From positions 1 through 58,800 of the forward strand of contig CAXGXE010000003.1 of NCBI GenBank assembly GCA_964013675.1: a stretch of DNA of 58,800 nucleotides, given 5' to 3'. Both the position numbers and the translations under genes were made by a program. The notes beneath the pieces were generated by a model. The model saw only the letters and a program-made list of their open reading frames with translations. It was not told where the DNA came from and did no database searches. Source of the DNA: an uncultured Verrucomicrobiales bacterium. GTDB taxonomy: Bacteria; Verrucomicrobiota; Verrucomicrobiia; Limisphaerales; UBA1100. Positions 1 to 10,706 of the stretch are shown piece by piece. How positions within the stretch are numbered: position 1 is the first letter of the stretch; every line of letters starts with the position of its first letter.

Positions 1-82
1 CGCGATAAAGGGAAGCAAATGGACCTTCATGCGGTCACGGTAGTCGTGCGTTGGAGGCGGCGCAAGCAGCCGATTGAAGAAA

Positions 83-658
83 CTAGGGGAACCGCGCGCC
101 CTGCGATTTTCCGTGATTGGTGCGCCGGTCGTAGTCCTGGTGCAAGGCTTTGTGTATGATGACGACCTCTTTGGCCTTTTTCTTAATGGCCTCCTCAATT
201 TCGATCTTGGAGTTAAACGCGCCAAGCTGGTCTAAACGGGTGTTGAGTGTTTGCCCAGCGCGCTTGGCTAATTCCACGTGGCCTTCCTCATGGCGTTTGA
301 GATTGTTCAGGTAAACGATCCAGAGTCGGCGCGCTAATGGGTTGCCTTGCTCGATATCTACCCATTTTGGAAAATGAATCGTAGCAGTGACTTTTACGGT
401 GTGTTCGGTGAGCCGATATTTCCCATCACCCTTGGAATACTGATAATCCCAGCTCAGATTCCAATCAGTGCGGGCATCAAACCGCTTGCGAGTGTCAGGA
501 TTCACCGGCCCCACTTCATTTAGTTGCCGGCGCAACTCCGCGTACGTGCGGCCTTTGATATCATATAAGGACCACACGCGCTTGAACTCGATTTCTGCTG
601 CCAGGGCGTCAGCTGACAGCCAGAAATTTAGCAGCAAAATGAGTGGAAATCCGCGCAT
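83..658 (-). CDS. Secreted DUF922-like putative Zn-dependent protease
   Basis: Signal peptide; YDIKGRT...GP...ARTDW...PKW pattern and HEEGH (HExxH) motif. Confidence 0.75.
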   Translation of the reverse strand: MRGFPLILLLNFWLSADALAAEIEFKRVWSLYDIKGRTYAELRRQLNEVGPVNPDTRKRFDARTDWNLSWDYQYSKGDGKYRLTEHTVKVTATIHFPKWVDIEQGNPLARRLWIVYLNNLKRHEEGHVELAKRAGQTLNTRLDQLGAFNSKIEIEEAIKKKAKEVVIIHKALHQDYDRRTNHGKSQGARFP

Positions 659-662
659 GCAC

Positions 663-2237
663 TTAGGGCTGGCGAGGTTTGCGTCGTCGGGATTTACGCC
701 CGTTGTTCAGGCGCCGGTTCACCGCATTAAGATAAGCCCGGGCACTGGCCTCAATGATATCCGTGCTGGCGCCTCGGCCGGCAACCCATTCGGTGTCGCC
801 GCCGAAATCGACCTTCACGGTCACCTCGCCCAAGGCGTCCTTCCCTTGAGATACGGCTCGGATGTTGTAATCCATCAACTTACCTTTCGTGGTTGTGATG
901 CGATCAATCGCCTTCAACGAGGCATCTACAGGGCCGTCGCCGATATTGGCATCCTGCTGCACCTCCGTTTGACGGCCGTTCTTACGCGTCAAACGTACTG
1001 TGGCGGTGGGTACGGTTTGGTTGCCGGTGCTGACACTTAAATAATCGAGCGACCACGTTTCCGGCACGGTGGTGATGTGGCCCTCCACCAGCGCGGCCAA
1101 GTCGTCATCATAAACAAACTTCTTCTTGTCTCCGATCTCTTTAAACTTATCAAAGATCGACCCCACTTCGGCGGCGTCCATTTTGAAGCCGAGATGTTTT
1201 AAGCGAGCTGCCACCGCCGCTCGGCCGCTGTGCTTGGTGAGTGGCAGTTCGGTTTTGCCCCAGCCCACATGCTTGGGGTTCATGATCTCGTACGTCTCTC
1301 GCTTCTTCAGGATCCCGTCCTGATGAATGCCGCTGGAATGTGCAAACGCATTCTCGCCCACAATCGCCTTACTACGCTGCACGCTTAAACCACTCATGCG
1401 CGCGACCAGCTTGGAGGCCTTTACAATCTCCTTCGTGTCCACGCCCATGCTGAAGCCGCGATAGAAACTCTTGCGTGTCTTGAGCGCCATCACCACCTCT
1501 TCCATGGCTGCGTTGCCGGCGCGTTCGCCAATGCCGTTCACGGTGCATTCCACCTGACGGGCTCCGGCTTGCACGGCGGCCAATGAGTTGGCGACGGCCA
1601 AGCCCAAGTCATTATGGCAGTGCACGCTAATGACGGCTTTGCCGGTTTGGAATTCCTCCACGTTGTCGTGCAAATGCGCAATGAGCTGGCCGAATTCATC
1701 GGGCACCGCCCAGCCCACCGTATCGGGGATATTCACCGTGGTGGCGCCAGCCGCCACGACGGCCTTGCAAATTTCCACGAGAAAATCCGGCTCCGTCCGA
1801 GAACCATCTTCAGGTGAAAATTCTACATTTTTAACATATTTACGGGCGCGCTTCACGCTCTCCACGGCCAGACGGAGAATTTCGTCCTGGGCCTTGCCCA
1901 GCTTGTGCTCTCGATGGATCTTGGACGTGGCGAGAAACACATGGATGCGCCCGCGCTTGCCGGCGGGTTTTACGGCGGCGCCGGCGGCGTCAATATCCTT
2001 GGGCACGCACCGCGCCAGGCCGGCGATCTGGGGGCCTTTCACTTGTTTGGCGATGGTTTGCACGGCCGTAAAATCGCCCTCGCTGATCACCGGGAAGCCA
2101 GCCTCGATGACATCCACCTTGAGGGCTCCCAGCTGCTGCGCCACCGCGAGTTTTTCGCGGAGGTTCATGGACGCACCGGGGCATTGCTCGCCGTCACGGA
2201 GAGTGGTGTCGAAGATCAGGACTCGATTTTTGCTCAT
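663..2237 (-). CDS. leuA: 2-isopropylmalate synthase
   Basis: IFDTTLRDGEQ, HCHNDLGLA, NGIGERAGN, GIHQDG motifs plus C-terminal regulatory domain (GDGPVDA). Confidence 0.96.
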   Translation of the reverse strand: MSKNRVLIFDTTLRDGEQCPGASMNLREKLAVAQQLGALKVDVIEAGFPVISEGDFTAVQTIAKQVKGPQIAGLARCVPKDIDAAGAAVKPAGKRGRIHVFLATSKIHREHKLGKAQDEILRLAVESVKRARKYVKNVEFSPEDGSRTEPDFLVEICKAVVAAGATTVNIPDTVGWAVPDEFGQLIAHLHDNVEEFQTGKAVISVHCHNDLGLAVANSLAAVQAGARQVECTVNGIGERAGNAAMEEVVMALKTRKSFYRGFSMGVDTKEIVKASKLVARMSGLSVQRSKAIVGENAFAHSSGIHQDGILKKRETYEIMNPKHVGWGKTELPLTKHSGRAAVAARLKHLGFKMDAAEVGSIFDKFKEIGDKKKFVYDDDLAALVEGHITTVPETWSLDYLSVSTGNQTVPTATVRLTRKNGRQTEVQQDANIGDGPVDASLKAIDRITTTKGKLMDYNIRAVSQGKDALGEVTVKVDFGGDTEWVAGRGASTDIIEASARAYLNAVNRRLNNGRKSRRRKPRQP

Positions 2238-2266
2238 TCTATTTCTTTCGCAGCAGGTTGTTTACC

Positions 2267-2305
2267 AAAAAAAGAACCCCACCGCCAGCTTGGCGATGGG
2301 GCTTC
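2267..2305 (-). terminator. Attenuator terminator hairpin upstream of leuA
   Basis: Minus strand GAAGCCCCATCGCCA-AGC-TGGCGGTGGGGTTC followed by T7, 30 nt before the leuA start. Confidence 0.8.
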
Positions 2306-2321
2306 GGAAATTGTCATCCGG

Positions 2322-2390
2322 CTAAACCCCAACCGCCCGGCTGCCAAGAAGCAGCGCCCGCTGTAGTGGAAGGTTTAGTCCGTTACGCAC
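2322..2390 (-). CDS. leu leader peptide, 22 aa (MRNGLNLPLQRALLLGSRAVGV)
   Basis: GTG start, 6 Leu codons incl. CTG-CTT-CTT run; its 3' end GGCGGTTGGGGTT can pair with the 5' arm of the terminator. Confidence 0.75.
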   Translation of the reverse strand: MRNGLNLPLQRALLLGSRAVGV

Positions 2391-2467
2391 GGCGTTTTGT
2401 TAATCCATGCACTGCCGTGGGTCAATGTTGAATACCAAGCCATTACCGTCTATGCTCCGCGCTCCCC

Positions 2468-4090
2468 ATGGAAACAGACGCACTAAAACTATGGCAGCGC
2501 TACAAGGAGCGCACCACGTTTCATGACGAGATAGGCTTGAGCCTGGATTTAAGCCGGGTTGATTTTGCCGACGATTTTTTTGAGCAGAAAGCCGAGAGCA
2601 TCAATAAAGCCTTCGGCACAATGGCCAAGCTAGAACAAGGTGCCATTGCGAATCCGGATGAAAATCGAATGGTCGGCCATTATTGGTTGCGGAAACCGGA
2701 GCTGGCACCATCCGCCGAGATCAGCCAGCAAATCACTTCGACAATCGAAAATGTGAAGGCTTTTGCTGCGGCCATTCATTCTGGGGAGGTTTCTGGGGTG
2801 GATGGCTTGTTTGAAAATGTCATCGTCATCGGAATCGGTGGATCTGCCTTGGGCCCGCAATTTGTCTCACACGCACTGGGCAAGCCAAAAAAAGATCGCA
2901 TGAAAATGTGGTTTTTTGACAATACTGACCCTGACGGTATCGATAAAGTAATGGATAATGTTGGGTCAAATCTCGATAAAACGCTTTGTATCGTCATTTC
3001 AAAATCTGGAGGAACCAAAGAAACGCGCAATGGAATGTTGGAGGCGAAGGTTGCCTATGAGCGCGCTGGCATAAACTTTGGTGAACACGCCTGTGCGGTG
3101 ACGGGGGAGGGTTCGGCTTTGGATCAAGTTGCAGAGAGTGAGGGCTGGCTGAAACGTTTTCCAATGTGGGATTGGGTTGGTGGCCGTACCAGTGAAACTT
3201 CGGCGGTGGGATTGTTGCCGGCCGCGCTGCAAGGTTTGGATATCGACCAATTGCTGGCCGGGGCGGCCGCCTGCGACGAATTAACTCGCCAGGCGGATGC
3301 GGAGGCAAATCCGGCTGCTCGCCTGGCATTAGCATGGATGCATTGCTGTAACGGTAAAGGTGAGAAAGATATGGTTATTTTGCCTTATAAAGATCGTTTA
3401 GAGCTTTTTTCTCGTTATCTTCAGCAACTCATCATGGAGTCGTTGGGTAAGGGTAAAGACTTGGGTGGGAATGCGGTTCAACAGGGAATTGCCGTGTATG
3501 GTAACAAGGGGTCCACCGATCAGCATGCTTATATTCAGCAACTGCGCGATGGAGTGCCAAATTTTTTTGTCACGTTTATCGAGGTACTAAAAGAGCGCTC
3601 GGGCGAATTGTTCCACGTGGAACAAGAGGGTGTAACGGCGGGCGATTATTTGAGCGGGTTCTTTCAGGGCACACGAAAGGCGCTTTACGAAAGTGGTCGG
3701 GAGTCGATTACCATTACAATCAATGAAGTTACACCGTTTTCGGTAGGCGTGCTGATTGCATTATATGAACGGGCCGTTGGGCTTTATGCCTCGTTGGTTA
3801 ATATAAATGCCTATCACCAGCCGGGGGTTGAGGCAGGGAAAAAGGCGGCAGAGCGTGTGATTGAACTGGAATTGGAGCTTTTTGAGTGTCTGATGCGCCG
3901 CGACGGGCATCCTATGAAGGTTGATGATTTGGCGATGGAAATGCAGGCGGTGGATGATATTGAGACAATTTATAAGATCTGCGAGCACCTGTGTGCCAAT
4001 GGACGGTTAGCAAAATTGCCCGGGGAAGGGCCGTTTGAGGTTCAGTATACTTTTCCCGAGAGATCCTCTGATGAGCTTCCGATATCCTAA
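2468..4090 (+). CDS. pgi: Glucose-6-phosphate isomerase
   Basis: [34 protein letters not shown] motifs. Confidence 0.96.
   Translation: METDALKLWQRYKERTTFHDEIGLSLDLSRVDFADDFFEQKAESINKAFGTMAKLEQGAIANPDENRMVGHYWLRKPELAPSAEISQQITSTIENVKAFAAAIHSGEVSGVDGLFENVIVIGIGGSALGPQFVSHALGKPKKDRMKMWFFDNTDPDGIDKVMDNVGSNLDKTLCIVISKSGGTKETRNGMLEAKVAYERAGINFGEHACAVTGEGSALDQVAESEGWLKRFPMWDWVGGRTSETSAVGLLPAALQGLDIDQLLAGAAACDELTRQADAEANPAARLALAWMHCCNGKGEKDMVILPYKDRLELFSRYLQQLIMESLGKGKDLGGNAVQQGIAVYGNKGSTDQHAYIQQLRDGVPNFFVTFIEVLKERSGELFHVEQEGVTAGDYLSGFFQGTRKALYESGRESITITINEVTPFSVGVLIALYERAVGLYASLVNINAYHQPGVEAGKKAAERVIELELELFECLMRRDGHPMKVDDLAMEMQAVDDIETIYKICEHLCANGRLAKLPGEGPFEVQYTFPERSSDELPIS
3609..3624. promoter_or_regulatory. 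parS site (ParB loading site) inside pgi
   Basis: Perfect 16-bp palindrome TGTTCCACGTGGAACA matching the widespread parS consensus. Confidence 0.85.
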
Positions 4091-6023
4091 AGACTTCGAC
4101 GTCATCGTCGTGGGCGCTGGGCACGCGGGCGTGGAGGCGGCATTGGCGGCAGCTCGAATGGGCTGTGAGGTGCTTATGCTCACCACTAACGTGGATACCA
4201 TTGGGCAAATGAGCTGTAATCCAGCAATTGGAGGCTTGGCAAAGGGCCATTTAGCTCGGGAAATTGACGCTTTAGGCGGTGAAATGGGCCGATGTACGGA
4301 TATGACGGGCCTGCAATTTCGGATGTTAAATACCGGCAAAGGGCCGGCTGTTTGGGCGCCACGGGCTCAGTGCGACAAAAAAGCGTATCAATTTCGCATG
4401 AAATGGGTTTGTGAGCGTGAATCGAATTTGACTATTCAACAAGGTCAGGCCGATTCGTTCCTCCATCGGGATCGTGAAGTCTATGGGGTGCGGACGGTTA
4501 TGGGCGTGGAATATCATGCTCAAACAGTGGTGATCACGACCGGCACATTTTTGCGAGGCCTCATGCATGTGGGAGATGCTCAGCAGAAAGGAGGGCGGTC
4601 AGGCGAAGCGGCGGCCACCGGATTATCCGCCGCACTTCAAGAGGTAGGCCTTGAATTGGGGCGGCTCAAAACTGGTACACCGCCACGGCTGCTTAAGCGT
4701 TCGATTGATTTCACGCGACTGGAAGAACAGCCTGGGGATGAGCCCGTGCCTTACTTTTCATTTTGGCAGGATGATCTGTTCCACGTGGAACATTCCGGAG
4801 TGAATCAGGAGGATATTGGGCATTCGGAAGGCAAATACCCCCCGGGTTCTGTGTTGGATCGATTAAATGGCCAATTGCATTGTTGGATGAGTGAAACCAA
4901 CGAAAAAACCGCCGAAATAATCCGGGAAAATCTACATAAATCACCGATGTATTCGGGCCAAATTGAAGGAGTGGGACCACGGTATTGCCCTTCAATTGAA
5001 GATAAGATCGTGCGGTTTGCGGATAAGCCAACCCATCAGATCTTCATTGAGCCGGAAGGCATTGCGACCGATGAGTTGTACATAAACGGCTTTTCCACCT
5101 GTCTTCCTTTTGATGTGCAATATGAAATGGTGCGGACAATTCGGGGTTGTGAAAATGCCGAAATCCTCCGGCCGGCGTATGCGGTGGAATATGATTATTC
5201 GCCGCCGCGTCAGCTGCATCCATCCCTGGAAACGAAGCCGTGCCTGAACCTTTTCTTGGGCGGCCAGATAAACGGCACTTCTGGATACGAAGAAGCTGGT
5301 GCTCAGGGCTTGGTGGCCGGGATCAATGCAGCTCGACGCGTTCAGGGTAAGGAGCCGGTGGTGCTTCGGCGCGATCAGGCATACATCGGGGTGCTAATCG
5401 ATGATCTGATCACCAAGGGCACGAGCGAGCCATATCGGATGTTTACCAGCCGCGCTGAGTACCGATTGTTGCTCCGGCAAGATAACGCAGATTTAAGATT
5501 AACTGAAATCGGTAACGATATAGGGACCGTAAAAAAACGCAACTATACCAGTTTTGGCATTAAAAAGCAATCAATAAACAGAGAAATCGAACGTCTTAAA
5601 AAGACCTTTGATGGCGCAGTGTCTTTGGAGCAATTGCTTAAGCGTAATGAAATGAGTTATGAAAAGCTGCCCCAAGCCAGGGTTGATCTGCCGGCGCCGG
5701 TGAAGCAGCAGGTGGAGATCACTGTTAAATATTCAGGTTATATCGATAGGCAGGAAGACGAGGTGGCGCGTTTCCGGCAGATGGAGGATAAGCAAATTCC
5801 GGATTGGCTGGAGTACGAAAACATCTCCGGGTTGAGAAATGAATCCCGACAGAAACTTGCGGATCATCGACCAGCGACTTTGGGGCAGGCTTCACGCATT
5901 TCTGGGATTTCGCCCTCGGATGTTAGTCTTATTATGGTGCAAATGAAACGGGGCCCAAAGAGCGCGGTCGAGGGTGGGGAAGTTGAAAAGGGGCCGCACA
6001 GCACATGTTGTGGAGATTTGTGA
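4071..6023 (+). CDS. mnmG: tRNA uridine 5-carboxymethylaminomethyl modification enzyme MnmG (GidA)
   Basis: [62 protein letters not shown]; ATG 4071 overlaps pgi end. Confidence 0.97.
   Translation: MSFRYPKDFDVIVVGAGHAGVEAALAAARMGCEVLMLTTNVDTIGQMSCNPAIGGLAKGHLAREIDALGGEMGRCTDMTGLQFRMLNTGKGPAVWAPRAQCDKKAYQFRMKWVCERESNLTIQQGQADSFLHRDREVYGVRTVMGVEYHAQTVVITTGTFLRGLMHVGDAQQKGGRSGEAAATGLSAALQEVGLELGRLKTGTPPRLLKRSIDFTRLEEQPGDEPVPYFSFWQDDLFHVEHSGVNQEDIGHSEGKYPPGSVLDRLNGQLHCWMSETNEKTAEIIRENLHKSPMYSGQIEGVGPRYCPSIEDKIVRFADKPTHQIFIEPEGIATDELYINGFSTCLPFDVQYEMVRTIRGCENAEILRPAYAVEYDYSPPRQLHPSLETKPCLNLFLGGQINGTSGYEEAGAQGLVAGINAARRVQGKEPVVLRRDQAYIGVLIDDLITKGTSEPYRMFTSRAEYRLLLRQDNADLRLTEIGNDIGTVKKRNYTSFGIKKQSINREIERLKKTFDGAVSLEQLLKRNEMSYEKLPQARVDLPAPVKQQVEITVKYSGYIDRQEDEVARFRQMEDKQIPDWLEYENISGLRNESRQKLADHRPATLGQASRISGISPSDVSLIMVQMKRGPKSAVEGGEVEKGPHSTCCGDL
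4777..4792. promoter_or_regulatory. parS site inside mnmG
   Basis: Second identical TGTTCCACGTGGAACA palindrome. Confidence 0.85.
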
Positions 6024-6034
6024 GAACTGTAACG

Positions 6035-7003
6035 TTATTTATCGTCTTTACTCAGCATTGTGTTGATTTTTTCTGAGTTTTCTTCAGCTTTCCGACTCAA
6101 TATCAACAGATTCTGGCTTAGTTTTTGGCTCATTTCTTGGAGTTGTTTTTCCATCTGAATGAGTTCTTGTTTGATGTCTGTATCCACGGAGGCTTTTCTC
6201 TTGGCGGCTTCGGCGAGTTCGGTTTCTTTTCGGGCATCATCCATGCCGGTGAGCATGACGCCGACAAAGAGGTTCAGGACAATCATGGCTCCCGTGAGGA
6301 TGAAGCTCACAAAGAAGACACTGGCGAGTACAGGATGGGCGGTTGATCTGATCTCATTCCTGGCAATTCCGAGCTGTTCGAGGGCTGCATAGGTGGTGGC
6401 GTCATAGCCATAATTGGCGCTGCCGTACATGTTGATGTACATCAAATCCGTCCAGTCCTCTAACGTTACTGCTCGAAATAAAGACAGCATTGATGTTTGT
6501 AAATTCCTGAAATGTAACGGATCGTTATCGCTAAAGAGAAACGTTGCCATGCATCCGTAGATGTAAAAGTGGAGTAATCCGAGTAAAAACACGTATCCAA
6601 TGGATGGGATGCTTTTGAGTACGGCATTGACCAGGACTTGGAGTCGTGGGACGGCGGAGACCAGTTTGAGAACGCGCAGGACGCGGGCTAGGCGAAGGAC
6701 GGCGACAAATTGGCTGTTTTGGATCGGCAATAGGCAGATAGCGACGATGGAAAAATCAAAGATGTTCCATGGATCCTTGAAGTAATTCCATGGGGTTTTG
6801 CCTTCGGCGATTATTTTGATGACCACTTCCAGAACGAATATGCCGAGGATGATGCGGTCCAGCAGGGTTAGGAGATTGTGATGTTCGGCCTCGAAATCCT
6901 TATAGGTTTGCATGCCCACCACCACGCCGGCGAGCAGGATGATCCCGAGTATGAAGTTCTGGAATGCCGGGGCGGCCGCAATATGTTGGCAGACTTTCAC
7001 CAT
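6035..7003 (-). CDS. Voltage-gated cation channel (BacNav-like ion transporter)
   Basis: WNIFDF (S3), LRLARVLRVLKL (S4), selectivity filter TLEDWTD, NLFVGV (S6), C-terminal coiled coil; ATG 7003 preferred. Confidence 0.9.
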   Translation of the reverse strand: MVKVCQHIAAAPAFQNFILGIILLAGVVVGMQTYKDFEAEHHNLLTLLDRIILGIFVLEVVIKIIAEGKTPWNYFKDPWNIFDFSIVAICLLPIQNSQFVAVLRLARVLRVLKLVSAVPRLQVLVNAVLKSIPSIGYVFLLGLLHFYIYGCMATFLFSDNDPLHFRNLQTSMLSLFRAVTLEDWTDLMYINMYGSANYGYDATTYAALEQLGIARNEIRSTAHPVLASVFFVSFILTGAMIVLNLFVGVMLTGMDDARKETELAEAAKRKASVDTDIKQELIQMEKQLQEMSQKLSQNLLILSRKAEENSEKINTMLSKDDK

Positions 7004-7066
7004 AAGCGTTGAACCAAAAGATACGGAGCAGGGCGTAGGCGGCAATGGCGGGTTATTCTCAGCGGG

Positions 7067-7798
7067 TTATGTGTTTACCGTGGTGTAAGGCATGGCTTCG
7101 ATTAGCTTGGCCTTGACGTCATCTGAGATGATATTGCCTTTGAGGTTGAGAAATTTCAGGTGCTTGAAGCCCTTGAGCCATTCAGCGGAAGCATCGGTGA
7201 GCCGGTTGTAATTCAGGGTCAGGCTCTGCAGTTTTTGAAACGCAGCCAAATGGATGATGCCATCATCGCGAATGCCGTTTTCGCCCAGATCCAAATTAGT
7301 GAGATGCGCCAGTGGCTTCAGGTACTCCAGTCCCACATGGGTGATATTGGTGCTGGAAAGATTCAGGGACTCGAGTCCGCGTAACTTGGCAATTTCTCTC
7401 AGCCCCAAATCCCCCACGCGCGTGGCCGATAGGGACAAGCGCTTCAGGGAATGCAGCTTGGAAATACAGGCGAGGGCATCATCGCCCAGCTCGGTGATAT
7501 CGAGAATCAGTTCCCGTAAATGCTGGAGACCCACGAGGCTGGGGGCACCGGCGTTGGTGATCGCGCAGTCGGTGGCATCTAGGCTTTCCAAATGCGTCAA
7601 TTTGCCGATTTCCTTGAAGCCGTCATTCCCCACCTTCACCGTGTACTTGATGAACAACAGCGTGATCTCGCCGCTGGTATTGGTCTCCACGCGGCGGGCA
7701 ATGGACTTTATCGCCCAATAGACCTTGCCGTTATGGGCGGTAACAGCTTCGAGCAAGGGATCCGGCGGTGTTTCCGGTTGATCGGATTGATCAGGCAT
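7067..7798 (-). CDS. Leucine-rich repeat protein
   Basis: Repeated 24-aa LxxLxLxxTxI/VTDxG units; start at MPDQSD inferred. Confidence 0.85.
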   Translation of the reverse strand: MPDQSDQPETPPDPLLEAVTAHNGKVYWAIKSIARRVETNTSGEITLLFIKYTVKVGNDGFKEIGKLTHLESLDATDCAITNAGAPSLVGLQHLRELILDITELGDDALACISKLHSLKRLSLSATRVGDLGLREIAKLRGLESLNLSSTNITHVGLEYLKPLAHLTNLDLGENGIRDDGIIHLAAFQKLQSLTLNYNRLTDASAEWLKGFKHLKFLNLKGNIISDDVKAKLIEAMPYTTVNT

Positions 7799-7849
7799 AA
7801 AACCTCCGCCCAACCATAGGCAGCGGTCTCGCGGCTGCACAGGAAAAAG

Positions 7850-8257
7850 CTAGAAACATCCGCCCTCAATTGGCCGGTAAGCGTCCGGCGGCGAGCCGGG
7901 CCTGAGATAAGCCTGGACCTCCATGGGGGCTTCTGAATTAATTTGCACCTGGATGCTTTCGCGTCGGTACCAGTCCGGATGTCCCTCGAGCCGGTCGAGC
8001 TGCCGCAGCATGGTCGGTGAGATTTCCCAAACCTCGCCATGAACCGACATCGCCTCATCAGTGACTCTGGGGTGCCGGTATAGATAAGGAATTTCCTCCA
8101 CCTCGGGCGCATAATCATCGGCTCCGAGATAAAAGCCAAACTGGTCCTCGGTCGTCGCTTCCCCAATAAATTCCGCTTCGTCCAGCAGGGTGTGATTACA
8201 AAAACCCCGTTTCAAGGTACCGTAGACAAAAACCCGTTCTCGCGGCGCATCGCCCAT
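7850..8257 (-). CDS. Gamma-glutamylcyclotransferase family protein
   Basis: VFVYGTLKRG, VHGEVW, LDRLEG...YRR motifs; true start at ATG 8257 because the longer ORF runs through a tRNA. Confidence 0.9.
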   Translation of the reverse strand: MGDAPRERVFVYGTLKRGFCNHTLLDEAEFIGEATTEDQFGFYLGADDYAPEVEEIPYLYRHPRVTDEAMSVHGEVWEISPTMLRQLDRLEGHPDWYRRESIQVQINSEAPMEVQAYLRPGSPPDAYRPIEGGCF

Positions 8258-8278
8258 GGGGGGAGGGTAAAAGAAAAA

Positions 8279-8363
8279 TGGTGGGAGGAACAGGATTCGA
8301 ACCTGTGAAGGCATAGCCAACTGATTTACAGTCAGTCCCGTTTGACCGCTTCGGTATCCTCCC
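8279..8363 (-). tRNA. tRNA-Tyr (GTA)
   Basis: GGGAGGA/TCCTCCC acceptor stem + ACCA; anticodon arm ACTGA-CTGTAAA-TCAGT; long variable arm; GGTTCGAATCC T-loop. Confidence 0.96.
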
Positions 8364-8483
8364 ACTCACAGGGGCGGCGAACCTAGACGAATCGCCCGAT
8401 TGTGACAACCTTGAAAATCCACTGCCGGCCCGGCGTATCGGCTCGCTTGCCATTGCCGCCGCCTCGGCCTACCTTGCCCGCCC

Positions 8484-9839
8484 ATGTTTGATTCGCTGAG
8501 CAGCAAACTTCAGGGTGCGTTTAAGAACCTGCGCGGGCTGGGCAAGATTTCGGAGGACAACATCTCCGAGGCCCTGCGCGAGGTGCGCATGGCGTTGTTG
8601 GAGGCGGACGTCAACTTCAAGGTGGCTAAGGAATTCCTGGCTCGCGTGAAGGAGAAATCCCTCGGCGAAGAGGTGTTGACCAGCGTTCAGCCGGGTCAAC
8701 AGATCGTGAAGATCATTAACGATGAACTAGTCACGTTGCTCGGCGATACCAACGCCAAGCTCGAGACTGGCGGCAATCCCACCTGCATCATGATGGTTGG
8801 CTTGCACGGTGCGGGTAAAACCACCTCCAGCGGCAAGCTCGCCAAGCTGATTAAGAAACAGGGCCGCCAACCGCTGCTCGTCGCGGCGGATGTGTATCGG
8901 CCGGCGGCGATGGATCAGCTGGAGACACTCGGCCAACAGGTTGATGTACCCGTGCTCGCGCTTAAGGGTGAGAAAGATGTGCAGAAGATCGCCCGCGCCG
9001 CCATGGAGGAAGCCCGCGCGCAGGCCTGCAATGTGTTGATCTTTGATACCGCGGGCCGCCTGCAGATCGATGAGGACCTCGTGCAAGAGTTGGTCGATCT
9101 CAAGGGCTTGATCAAGCCGCAGGAAATTCTGCTCGTGCTTGATGCCGCCACCGGCCAGGAAGCGGTGAGTGTGGCCACGCACTTCGATGGGGCGCTGGGC
9201 ATCACCGGTTCCATTCTAACCAAGCTCGATGGCGACGCCCGCGGCGGTGCGGCGCTCTCGCTCAAGAGTGTGACCGGGCGGCCCATTAAATTTGTTGGTG
9301 TGGGCGAGAAGCTGGATGAGTTTGAGGCGTTCCATCCCGAACGCATGGCCGGCCGCATCCTTGGCATGGGCGACGTGGTCAGCCTCGTGGAAAAAGCCGC
9401 TGAAGCCATCGAGGAGGACGAAGCCGCGCGCATGGAGGAGAAGCTGCGCAAAGGCGAATTTTCGCTGGAAGATTTTCTCGAGCAAATGCGCGCCATGAAA
9501 AAGCTTGGCCCCCTCGAGAACATCGTGGGCATGCTCCCTGGCGGAGATGCTGCTCTAAAGGATGCCGATCTCGACAAAGGCCAAGCCGAGCTGCGACGCA
9601 TGGAGGCCCTGATCTGCGCCATGACCCCCAAGGAACGGAGGCAGCCCAACATCCTCAATGCCAGCCGCCGGCGCCGCATTGCTGCCGGAACTGGTGTAAA
9701 AGTAGCCGAATTAAATAGTATGCTCAACAAATTTTTCCAGATGCAGCAGATGATGAAGAAGATGGGCAAGATGCAAAAGATGATGGCCAAAATGGGCGGC
9801 GGTGACCTTGGCGGTCTTGGTGGCCTGATGGGCCGCTAG
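8484..9839 (+). CDS. ffh: Signal recognition particle protein
   Basis: [38 protein letters not shown], Met-rich M domain. Confidence 0.97.
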   Translation: MFDSLSSKLQGAFKNLRGLGKISEDNISEALREVRMALLEADVNFKVAKEFLARVKEKSLGEEVLTSVQPGQQIVKIINDELVTLLGDTNAKLETGGNPTCIMMVGLHGAGKTTSSGKLAKLIKKQGRQPLLVAADVYRPAAMDQLETLGQQVDVPVLALKGEKDVQKIARAAMEEARAQACNVLIFDTAGRLQIDEDLVQELVDLKGLIKPQEILLVLDAATGQEAVSVATHFDGALGITGSILTKLDGDARGGAALSLKSVTGRPIKFVGVGEKLDEFEAFHPERMAGRILGMGDVVSLVEKAAEAIEEDEAARMEEKLRKGEFSLEDFLEQMRAMKKLGPLENIVGMLPGGDAALKDADLDKGQAELRRMEALICAMTPKERRQPNILNASRRRRIAAGTGVKVAELNSMLNKFFQMQQMMKKMGKMQKMMAKMGGGDLGGLGGLMGR

Positions 9840-9850
9840 GCCTGAGTGCC

Positions 9851-10702
9851 TTACTCCGGGCGTTGGTAATCGGCCAGGTCGGCGATGAAGGTACCATGTT
9901 TGACTTTGGTGCGGATGCGTAGGACGGCCCGATGGGAATCGGCACTGAGCCATATCTGCAACTTGGCGTCGGGATCTTTTTGAAACACGCCGCGTAACTG
10001 GCCGAGGTCTGGCTCCACCAAAATAGTTTTATAATTCTTATCGCCGATCTGGATTTCTTCCTGCCCGACGACCGTCACCTTGGATTGAAACGTCGCCTTG
10101 CCGTCGCACACGGCACTGTCGAATTCACCTGGGCGGGCGAGGTCCAGTTCGCGAAATTTAAAGATAATGCTGAGCGGGTCAAAGGTGCTCGGTTCGGTAT
10201 CCACTACGCCATCCGGGTTGCCGTTGAGCTGACGACGGCAACGTCGTTGTTGCGGATCAAACTGCAGCGCCACATTGCGCGAGGCCAAATCCTTTTGCAC
10301 GGTGTGATATTCGAGCGAGTGGGTGAACTGCGCGTTCACAATCGAGCGGGCATCGTACTGCACCAGCCCGCCGAGCGCGCCGCCATTGAGAGTGAACTGC
10401 CAGGCCTTTGTGCCGTTGTGATCAATCTGTTGCGCGGCAAATGTTACCTTGCCGGCCGGCATTTTAAGAAGGCCTTTCTCCATACGCACCTGATAATGCC
10501 CCACCTCGCCATCGGCAAAATGGCGAGGTTGATACACGACGATTGTCTCGGGAGCTGAGGCTTTATCTCCCTTGTTTTCAAAACGCATGCCGGGCCGGGG
10601 TTGCCGGTAATTGCTCTCGGTCTTGCCCAGCCACGCAAGCAGCAGCCAGAGGCTGAGCAGGCCGGCGAGACTGATGATGCCGATGAGCGCGGCGCGTTTC
10701 AT
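9851..10702 (-). CDS. DUF3108-like membrane-anchored protein
   Basis: N-terminal TM; FDPLS, DGK, IWLSAD...VLRIR pattern. Confidence 0.65.
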   Translation of the reverse strand: MKRAALIGIISLAGLLSLWLLLAWLGKTESNYRQPRPGMRFENKGDKASAPETIVVYQPRHFADGEVGHYQVRMEKGLLKMPAGKVTFAAQQIDHNGTKAWQFTLNGGALGGLVQYDARSIVNAQFTHSLEYHTVQKDLASRNVALQFDPQQRRCRRQLNGNPDGVVDTEPSTFDPLSIIFKFRELDLARPGEFDSAVCDGKATFQSKVTVVGQEEIQIGDKNYKTILVEPDLGQLRGVFQKDPDAKLQIWLSADSHRAVLRIRTKVKHGTFIADLADYQRPE

Positions 10703-10706
10703 GGCC

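Noticed and set aside
271-284. Third parS-like site (ATTCCACGTGGCCT)
   Set aside because: Only the core matches; the outer arms are not palindromic
8258-8365. N-terminal extension of the GGCT ORF in the ORF track
   Set aside because: It overlaps tRNA-Tyr; the real start is ATG 8257
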